From: Actinomycetota bacterium
GTDB lineage: Bacteria > Actinomycetota > Thermoleophilia > BMS3ABIN01
DNA: 64,000 nt
Direction: 5' to 3'
Assembly (NCBI GenBank): GCA_016235065.1
Contig: JACRMB010000004.1
Span: 3,629-67,628 of the forward strand
The notes below the pieces were generated by a model. The model made no database searches. It worked only from the letters and a program-made list of their open reading frames with translations, and was not told the DNA's origin. Numbering within the stretch: position 1 is the stretch's first letter; each line of letters starts with the position of its first letter. This document shows, piece by piece, positions 49,401-56,099 of this stretch. Both the position numbers and the translations under genes were made by a program.

Positions 49401-49542
49401 ACGACATGGCCAGGATGGCGATTACTGAGAAGAGGAAGATAAACGCAAATGAGGATTTTTGGCGTGCGCTTTCAACGAACCCACCCATTGCGCCTCCAGA
49501 ATCTGGCATATCTGAGAGAAGCTTAATTGAAACGATTGCCAA
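46417..49542 (-). CDS. secreted surface protein: TolB-like beta-propeller, two-Cys Ig-like domains, and four copies of the shared C-terminal repeat module
   Basis: N-terminal signal; GKIAFVSYRDGNAEIYTVNPDRSG-type PD40 blades; Ig-like domains with GC...C pattern; C-terminal repeats (about 46420..47715) with FPWYD, WVLVANP and ASQRVLW. Confidence 0.8.
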   Translation of the reverse strand: MAIVSIKLLSDMPDSGGAMGGFVESARQKSSFAFIFLFSVIAILAMSSSADATVKPNGKIAFVSYRDGNAEIYTVNPDRSGLTRITNSPAVEQSPAFSPDGSKIAFSSNRNGTNKIYVLRLSDMSISQLTFGSNYDDSPTWSPDGSRIAFTRTFGIVGFGVQKLYVMNSDGSELNQLTNNSGTYENPAWSPDGSRIAFNANSGTYGIFFINPDGGNQTALNVYGWPASFNSMPSWAPDSSKIACYVYFNANDSGIYTMKPDGTQPQPVITRTWTWSPFYSQPAWSPDGTSIAFIQKDNSNNCTLCTARATGGGCYNIADLGHPFYERITPSWGPLVLQAQNISPSGWLRTTSQAIEADLTDNGSGIDSSSVAVYIDDTSAPGCSLVGAHLSCSTSDFSAGWHSLTISYETNDGTPGLSDSPFGVDLAPPAISEAIPPVWSGSATVIGATLSDQQSGPDSSASAVYLDGSSQPLTNCDISDSSLLRCQASGLSDGHHDFLIVGRDKAGNSATLNGSFEVETTKPEIGGTSPSGNVWASTAIINASYTDSKSGVNPNSVKLTVNGIVVTSRATISVDQVSYFNPNCGIQNVHLEVSDVVGNTQTADWSYSTPMHYYFPWYDNIYGHTWLLAAQMPGSGTNIVDFWMKTNSLEQGIGVNDGETQFRSYDKRLGGPIKIMSQYGNGISSERSLFGNSFEEVWSTSYDDLDTHYYWPVYLGSMTSEWVLVANPAENGEAVEVDISIRNVEDINKIPVPDIYVNRHVIQPGDTWTPTWPYSGGPVEVKAYRVGGSPNNSADARKVVASERILMGDSFNEMAGIAASKLSNEYEWPWYDSQNANDLVIVGNPNSEPVYLFLYLHGQLMASSDGVPSGTTIWWDSSPQKLMDGPIEVKACFDTTEACYSPANIYTSQIVIYGPSYEETAGVPLNSLKPTANWTWYDEKSAGSLNWVLVANPNASAIYYEISVPGKLDPANPADPYYSTNHGVLAPGQRVTPRFPGIIGGPVQVRAWQWNGSSKENPANVLASQRVLWKGYFNELVGAGL

Positions 49543-49715
49543 TGATAACTGTAATAAGTGGCTTAGTCAAAATTCTGAGATCTGGCAATAAGCTAAGAAT
49601 GACCCATTATTGAAGCCCAATCATTGTAACGTCGTGCTACGCGGCTCATTAATCACCAGGGTCCGGGCGACCGCTGTCGACGACTATCTCTAGTTCTCCC
49701 ACACTATGATTGTTC

Positions 49716-49944
49716 TCAGGCGGCAGACAGCTTTCTTACCTTGAGATTCTTGCGATTCTGTTCGGCCAGCCACAGATCGTACTGCGTCTGCTGATTGAGC
49801 CAGCTCTCCGCCGAAGCTCCGAAGGCTATCGAAAGCCGTATAGCCATTTCCGGACTGATCCCAGCCCGGCCGTTGAGAATTGCCGAAAGCGTCTTGCGGC
49901 TGACACCGAGAGCATCCTACGCCCTTCAAGAACTTCTCGGGCAT
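49716..49944 (-). pseudogene. higA-like (HTH_XRE) antitoxin gene disrupted by frameshift / internal deletion
   Basis: One frame gives the start MPEKFLKGV...; a second frame, entered after in-frame stops, gives [53 protein letters not shown], a typical HigA HTH core; no toxin ORF in the adjacent 235 bp. Confidence 0.55.
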
Positions 49945-50181
49945 TCAGACCCTAAACAACGATGGTCTATGTGACAAGCCCAGGTTTTTGATGCCAGTCC
50001 ATAGTTTAGGCCGGGCGTCTGTATGTGAGAGGAACCTGGGATGATATACCGTTGGCAGGCCGATTTCGGCTTAAACGGAACCCCTGACTCTTCCCTTAAA
50101 GCGAAGTATGCCGGTAATCACCACAAAAATATCGAGGACGCACCGGGTGCGCCCTCGGGCTAATCAGTTTATCTGATGCTG

Positions 50182-50688
50182 CTAGGCCTTACGGCGATTC
50201 TTCCTGAAGGTCGCTGCCCCCAAACCACCCAGAACCAGCCCTGCCGCCGGCAATAGCAGCATGAAGCCCGTGCTAGGCAGAGTGGCGGGCAATGAAGCTG
50301 GTGCGTATGCGTTCTGTTGCACGCTCTCTGTCACAGTGAAAGTCTCCGGGCACGCAATATCAATATCTTCGCTATCTGTTCCTTCAACGATGATGTTGTG
50401 GCTGCCCACAACAGCATCGGCTGGTATTGTCAGGACATCATTGAAATTTCCGGAGCCGTCACTAGTCGTTATGCCCAGTAGTGTAGTGCCGCTGACAGTG
50501 TCAAAGAACAATCCTAATAAATCACTGCTCCTTGCCCCGGAACCGCTATAGCTAACAGAGCTCCCGGCTGGCCCCTGGTTGGGGGTCAGGGTGAAACTTA
50601 CAGTGCCGCACGCGCTTTGAGCATAGGCCATGGGAGCTAAGGCAAGCGTAAAAAATATAGCTACAACTAATGCGACAACTTTCTTCAT
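50182..50688 (-). CDS. small secreted protein with C-terminal LPSTG cell-wall sorting signal
   Basis: Signal peptide MKKVVALVVAIFFTLALAPMAYA; C-terminus LPSTGFMLLLPAAGLVLGGLGAATFRKNRRKA. Confidence 0.6.
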   Translation of the reverse strand: MKKVVALVVAIFFTLALAPMAYAQSACGTVSFTLTPNQGPAGSSVSYSGSGARSSDLLGLFFDTVSGTTLLGITTSDGSGNFNDVLTIPADAVVGSHNIIVEGTDSEDIDIACPETFTVTESVQQNAYAPASLPATLPSTGFMLLLPAAGLVLGGLGAATFRKNRRKA

Positions 50689-50969
50689 GATGATTCCCCT
50701 TCTCCGTTTGTCCAGAATGATTTCGGTCCTGTTTTTTTAATTTTTTTGCCGGCAGCTAATCAAGGTCGGCAAACCAAAAAAATTATTTGACCATTGTATA
50801 CTTATTTCCCCTGGATGATATAAAACTGGCGATAGCCAGAGAGGTGGCTGGGTTTGTTTGGACAGCAAAATGCTTTTTTATAAGTGGCAAGAAGTCCCCT
50901 GTTCATGCCGTCATCTCATTGGCGAGCGTAGGGCAATAGACCTCATCTGGTGTTCTCCTGCTCAGATTC

Positions 50970-51058
50970 TGGTGCCGAAGGTGGGAATCGAACCCACACC
51001 GGGGGTGACCCCGACCGGATTTTGAGTCCGGCGCGTCTGCCAGTTCCGCCACTTCGGC
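50970..51058 (-). tRNA. tRNA-Leu (anticodon CAA), CCA encoded
   Basis: Minus-strand sequence GCCGAAG-TG-GCGGAACTGGCAGACGCG-CCGGA-CTCAAAA-TCCGG-long variable arm-TGGGTTCGATTCCCACCTTCGGCACCA; 7-bp acceptor stem pairs GCCGAAG/CTTCGGC; anticodon loop CUCAAAA; long variable arm (class II). Confidence 0.85.
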
Positions 51059-51124
51059 ACAGTCAAGCGGGGTGGAGCGATGAATGCTCCAGACGGATTC
51101 TACAATATCGGCGAGTTAAAGGCT

Positions 51125-52204
51125 CTAACCTTTTACCGCCCAGACGTGGAACTTCGCGTATCCCTTGTGCCCGACACCGACTGCACCCTTGTTCATATAT
51201 AGAGCCCAGGCCCAGTCCGGCTCGAACATGCTCGTGGTCGAGGACCAGTAAACTTCCTGGCATTTCCTGAACGGATGGCCGCCCGGCAGCGCCGGATCAT
51301 GCCGGCTCATGTCCACCAGCGATTCCAGTTCATTGATATTGGGGAGCCGCCAGATGTCATAGTCGCGCCGGGAATTCCGCAGACGGTTGCGCCCTGCACG
51401 AAACGCTGAATCGTCTTCAGCAGCATCAAACTTTCTGATAGCATCGAGTGCTTCTTCCCATAAAACCGGCTCTCCGGTCAGATCTGCCACACGCTGCCAG
51501 GTCAGGCCCGTCAGGTTGTCGCGGACTGCATCGCCGCCGCCGTATTTATTACCAGCGCCACCCCTGCGGATCGTGCTGTCGCCGTTCTCAACAGGCCCAA
51601 CCTCAAAACGCGGCTCAGGCCAGCTCGCGCCGAAGGGTGAATCACCCTGTTGCCCTGTCGCCGGCAGCACTCCATTGCCCTCGCCACGCACTGGCCAGAC
51701 AAGGTAGTACTGGTTCCTGGCTCCATAGAACGTGCGCCCACCTTCCATATGCACATACCAGGCAAATGCGTCGTCGATGGCTGCCTTGGTCGACGACCAG
51801 TACCATCCCATGAAGACGTTAATAAATGGATGGCCTTCAGGCAGAGCCGGATTCCTCGTCTGGTGGCTTATGAGACTCCTTAGCTCGCGCCGGTCGGGCA
51901 GACGCCAGTCGTCGAAACCATGCTGCCGCTCCCGGTTCATCCGCCTGATGAACTCATGGGCTTCCGCCCAGTCCATGGGAAACTCGCTGGGATCGGCGTC
52001 ACGGGTCCAGACGAGGCCGGTGAGAAGATCGGTCACGGTCCCGCCGCCTTCGGACTCAGCCGCCCTTACCTCGAATCGCGGTTCCGGCCAGGCGACGCCC
52101 CGCGGGAACTCGGCATCCTGACCGCTGCCATCGCAATCGATCCGCCGGCCGCCGGCATCGTGGCAGGATGTCTGTCCCGTCTGCAGAAATCCTTTAATAT
52201 CCAT
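51125..52204 (-). CDS. DUF1566 (Lcl C-terminal-like) domain protein, two tandem copies
   Basis: Twice-repeated TGLxWxR...W.EA...DWRLP...EL.SL...P...F...YWSST...AW...M. Confidence 0.65.
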   Translation of the reverse strand: MDIKGFLQTGQTSCHDAGGRRIDCDGSGQDAEFPRGVAWPEPRFEVRAAESEGGGTVTDLLTGLVWTRDADPSEFPMDWAEAHEFIRRMNRERQHGFDDWRLPDRRELRSLISHQTRNPALPEGHPFINVFMGWYWSSTKAAIDDAFAWYVHMEGGRTFYGARNQYYLVWPVRGEGNGVLPATGQQGDSPFGASWPEPRFEVGPVENGDSTIRRGGAGNKYGGGDAVRDNLTGLTWQRVADLTGEPVLWEEALDAIRKFDAAEDDSAFRAGRNRLRNSRRDYDIWRLPNINELESLVDMSRHDPALPGGHPFRKCQEVYWSSTTSMFEPDWAWALYMNKGAVGVGHKGYAKFHVWAVKG

Positions 52205-52293
52205 GAATTGAGGATAGTAAATTTTTTGCCATCATGGTACACTTAGTAATCTTCAGGATCTGCTGAGAACCTGGGGGAGGCGGAAAGACAGGT

Positions 52294-52566
52294 ATGGAAG
52301 AGCTAGTTTGTCCACATTGTCATAAGGTCAGCTATAGTGCTTCAGCTAGGGCGTTCTCGCCCTGTCCCCACTGCAAGTTCCGGTTTGCGATCTCCGAGGA
52401 TAACGGCCACAAGTATCTCGTTATCGACCGCCAGCTGGCCCATCTCCTCCAGAACTATTCAGAGTCTGTGGAGAACCATGAAGATATCGAAGTGATCGTC
52501 GACCGGAGGATATCCAACCGGCCCTTCGATGGTGTAGACAGCCGCAAGGTCACGACGCCGAACTAG
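52294..52566 (+). CDS. small zinc-ribbon protein
   Basis: CPHC...(16 aa)...CPHC pairs at the N-terminus. Confidence 0.4.
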   Translation: MEELVCPHCHKVSYSASARAFSPCPHCKFRFAISEDNGHKYLVIDRQLAHLLQNYSESVENHEDIEVIVDRRISNRPFDGVDSRKVTTPN

Positions 52567-52721
52567 AATCACAGTGATCTGAAGCCTGGTATCTCATTGC
52601 GAGGCCTGATTCAGATCTGATGCTGACAGCCTGATTCATAATTTCCCCAGCCTGTGCCTGTGTGCAATCGCAGGCTTTTTTTATTTTAACGGGCAACAAA
52701 CGGTGGGGCAGGGAGTCTGAC

Positions 52722-54260
52722 ATGAAAACGATCAGAGCGTTTTGCTTTCTGGGGATAGCAGCGGGCGTGTTTTTTGCCATTGTGGCTTCCGCCATGGCAT
52801 TGCAGGCCACGAATGTAGCGGTGAGCCGCGTTGCTTCAACATCCGCAGTCATTGTAGTCAAGGCGGATACAGTCGCTGATGTAAGGATCGATTATGGCTC
52901 GGCGCCTGGCGTTCTCACCTCGTCAAAAACCAGCTCTGCACTGGTCAGACATGAGATTCTGCTCGACAGCCTTTCGCCCTCATCCACGGTCTATTATCAG
53001 GTCACTATCACTGATAGCGCCAATCCGGCAATAACGAGCACCCTGGCGGAAAAGAGCTTCCATACAGCTCGCTCAAGCGGCCAGCCGTTCAGTTTTGCGG
53101 TAGCTGCGGACAATCGTCCTGCGAGCAACACCACAGTGCAGCCGGCTGCCTGGGGCACGATCAACAGCCAGATGGCCGCTGAGGGCCTGGACCTGGTTTT
53201 AAACGCCGGGGACCTCATATACGGGCTTCCCTCTGATACGCTTGACCAGAATGTCGCCAAATATGATGGTTTCTTTGCGGTCACGGCGCCGCTCACGGCT
53301 TCTGTCCCCATGTACACCGCCATCGGCAATCACGAGTACGCAGGTAGCGCCGGCAGCCGTGCCGGTTATGAGCAGGAATTCACCCTGCCCGTGAATAACG
53401 GTATTGACGCCGCTACCAGCGGCGAGCACTACTACAGCTTTGATAATGGCGACACCCACTTCGTCGCCCTGTCTACCGAAATCCCCGGGCAGGAAGGGAT
53501 GATCACAGGCAATCAGCGGTTATGGCTTACGCAGGACCTGGTTGCGAACAACAAGCCCTGGACCGTCATCTTCATGCACCGGCCGCTCTATTCCGGCATC
53601 CATATGACTGAACCCTGGATGAATACCAGTAACCTCGCGGGGCAGCAGAACAAGGCTGAGATCCATGCATTGTTCCTGCAATACGGCGTTGATGTCGTCT
53701 TTGAGGGGCACGATCATTTTTACCTGCGGCACGTGGAGGATGGTATCCAGTATGTCATCACTGGCGGTGGCGGTTCACCACTATACTGGGCACCGGCTCT
53801 CAAGCCTGGTGATGTCTTTGCCTGGAGCGGTTATGAACACGTCAAAGTCGACGAAACGGCAAGCTCGCTTAAACTGAGCGCCATCGATACGACCGGTTTC
53901 GTCCAGGAGAGTTTTACACTGGGAACCCCGGCCCTCAGTCTTTCACAGACAAGGACTTACTGGGCCTCATACGCCGATTATCTTATCCGTGACCTGTCCG
54001 TGGACTACTCGCTGTCCAATACGGGAACCGGGGATGCGGCCGGGTTGCAGGTCGTTTACCTGAATTCGACGAATGGCGTACTGCCTTTGACCAGCGTACC
54101 GGCATCCCTGGGAAACGTGGCTGTGGGAGCCGGCGCCTCGATGACAGTACACTACCAGGTTCCCAATGATGTCTTATTGTTCCGTTCTACTATCTATGTG
54201 ACCTGCACCGATCTTGCGGGGGGATCATACGCCTTCCCTGGTCCAGCCCCTGTGTTTTAA
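52722..54260 (+). CDS. secreted metallophosphoesterase, purple acid phosphatase-like (paralog 1)
   Basis: Signal peptide; GDLIYG (GDxxY), IGNHEY (GNHE), MHRPLYS, FEGHDHFY (GHxH) phosphoesterase motifs; N-terminal FN3-like domain. Confidence 0.75.
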   Translation: MKTIRAFCFLGIAAGVFFAIVASAMALQATNVAVSRVASTSAVIVVKADTVADVRIDYGSAPGVLTSSKTSSALVRHEILLDSLSPSSTVYYQVTITDSANPAITSTLAEKSFHTARSSGQPFSFAVAADNRPASNTTVQPAAWGTINSQMAAEGLDLVLNAGDLIYGLPSDTLDQNVAKYDGFFAVTAPLTASVPMYTAIGNHEYAGSAGSRAGYEQEFTLPVNNGIDAATSGEHYYSFDNGDTHFVALSTEIPGQEGMITGNQRLWLTQDLVANNKPWTVIFMHRPLYSGIHMTEPWMNTSNLAGQQNKAEIHALFLQYGVDVVFEGHDHFYLRHVEDGIQYVITGGGGSPLYWAPALKPGDVFAWSGYEHVKVDETASSLKLSAIDTTGFVQESFTLGTPALSLSQTRTYWASYADYLIRDLSVDYSLSNTGTGDAAGLQVVYLNSTNGVLPLTSVPASLGNVAVGAGASMTVHYQVPNDVLLFRSTIYVTCTDLAGGSYAFPGPAPVF

Positions 54261-54373
54261 GAGAATCGGCACTTTCCCCTATCAACCGCCGCCAGCCTTC
54301 CGGTAACAGCTTCTCCTGTCGACTCTATTATTGAGTGAACGAACCCCAGGTTCGCTGAATACAGGAAGTTGTC

Positions 54374-55924
54374 ATGATTGCTGGCAGGTCGAATATCATG
54401 CTTTTCCCGGTTGCAGCGCTGATCCTTACCGTGCTGTTCCTGCTGACTGCGGCAGCCCCGGCATCCGCTGTCACCGCGATGAATGTCGCCATAAGCGATG
54501 TCGCCTCCACTGAAGCCGTACTGGTCGTGAAAGCAGATGTAACCGCGGATGTTACCGTGGATTACGGCCAGTCGACCGGAGTCTACACAGCCACAGCAAC
54601 GAGCAATGGCGCCACCAGGCATGAACTTACGCTTTCCGGCCTAAATCCGTCATCTGTGGTCTATTACCGGGTCACCATCTACGACAGCTCGGATCATGGT
54701 GTCAGCATCACGATCACGGAAAAGAGCTTCCACACCAGCCGGGCCGCAGGCGAGCCTTTCAGTTTCTCCGCTGCCGGTGATAACCGGCCTACTTCCGATA
54801 CCGCCGTTCAGCCGGCAATGTGGAACACGATCCTCGGGCAGATGGCGGGGGAGAGCCTGGACCTCTCGCTTCACGTCGGCGATATCATCTTCGGGACCAG
54901 CAGCGACAGCCTGGCTCAGAACGTGGCCAAGTATGATGGACTGTTCGCGGTGACCGCCCAGCTGACTTACTCGACGCCGATGTATGTAGCGGCAGGTAAC
55001 CACGAGCGGCTCTACGCCGCCAGCAGCCGCGCCGGTTATGAGCAGGAGTTCACCTTCCCGGTCAATAACGGCGCGGATTCCGGTACTTACGGCGAGCACT
55101 ATTACAGTTTCGACAACGGCGACACCCACTTCATCGCCCTGTCCACTGAGCTTCCCGGGCAGGAAGGGCTGATCACCGGCAACCAGAAGGCCTGGCTCGA
55201 ACAGGATCTTGCCGCAAGCAGCAAACCCTGGACCGTCGTCTTCATGCACAGGCCCCTGTTCTCCGGCCAGCATGGCGGCGACCCCTGGGTGAATACCGGT
55301 AATGCCACCGGCCAGCAGAACAAGGCGGATATCCACGCGCTGTTCCTGCAGAGCGGGGTCGACGTAGTCCTCGAAGGGCATGATCATTATTATCTGCGGC
55401 ATGTTGAGGATGGCATCCAGTACATCATCACTGGCGGCGGCGGCTGTTCACTGTCTGGAGTCCCGGCGCTCGGCCCTGGGGATGTATTCGCATCCAGCAG
55501 CTACGAGCATGTGAAAGTCGACGAGACTTCCACTTCGCTGGGGTTCGATGTGATCAATAGTGCCGGCGCCACCCTGGAGAGTTTTTCCGTGGCCATCCCC
55601 GACCTGTCACTCACGCTCGGTAACGCCTACTGGGAAAGCTACGCTGACTATCTCAGCCGCTCGCTCAGCGTCGACTATACCCTCACAAACAGCGGCGCCG
55701 GCGATGCTTCCTCGCTGCAGGTGCTGTCGCTTTCCGCCTCACAGGGTGTCACGCCGCTGACGGCCACGCCTTTCTCGCTGCCCGACGTCGCCGCTGGGGC
55801 AACGGGCACGATGACGGTGAGCTACCAGCTGCCCCAGGGTGTGGAAGCCTTTGCGGCCACGGCCACGGCTTCATGCACTGATGACCGCGGGTTCACCTAT
55901 CAGTATCCCGGATCGGACCTGTAG
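54374..55924 (+). CDS. secreted metallophosphoesterase, purple acid phosphatase-like (paralog 2)
   Basis: Same motif set (GDIIFG, AGNHE, MHRPLFS, LEGHDHYY); collinear with paralog 1. Confidence 0.75.
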   Translation: MIAGRSNIMLFPVAALILTVLFLLTAAAPASAVTAMNVAISDVASTEAVLVVKADVTADVTVDYGQSTGVYTATATSNGATRHELTLSGLNPSSVVYYRVTIYDSSDHGVSITITEKSFHTSRAAGEPFSFSAAGDNRPTSDTAVQPAMWNTILGQMAGESLDLSLHVGDIIFGTSSDSLAQNVAKYDGLFAVTAQLTYSTPMYVAAGNHERLYAASSRAGYEQEFTFPVNNGADSGTYGEHYYSFDNGDTHFIALSTELPGQEGLITGNQKAWLEQDLAASSKPWTVVFMHRPLFSGQHGGDPWVNTGNATGQQNKADIHALFLQSGVDVVLEGHDHYYLRHVEDGIQYIITGGGGCSLSGVPALGPGDVFASSSYEHVKVDETSTSLGFDVINSAGATLESFSVAIPDLSLTLGNAYWESYADYLSRSLSVDYTLTNSGAGDASSLQVLSLSASQGVTPLTATPFSLPDVAAGATGTMTVSYQLPQGVEAFAATATASCTDDRGFTYQYPGSDL

Positions 55925-56099
55925 CCGCCGCCCTGTGTGGTGATCGTGTTTCGCCTCGACCGTCAGCTGTCCTACTTTCCTGACCACCTGCCTGTCAGGC
56001 TCTTCCGTTAAGGAACTTCGACTCCGGGGAATACTCTCGTCGGAGCCATTTACTCCCGCATCCGCCTGCCCTGTGGGCGCTGCGGGGTATTTCTCGAGC

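Larger units (their letters stand above)
46198..51026. mobile_element. decayed tRNA-Leu-integrated element / genomic islet (~4.8 kb)
   Basis: Bounded by the intact tRNA-Leu 3' end and its 57-bp direct repeat; lower G+C by eye than flanking DNA; carries a surface protein gene, a frameshifted higA-like gene and an LPSTG protein gene; no integrase present. Confidence 0.45.

Noticed and set aside
46255-50969. Search for an integrase/recombinase gene inside the tRNA-bounded segment
   Set aside because: No ORF with tyrosine- or serine-recombinase motifs is present, so the element is called a decayed remnant rather than an active mobile element.
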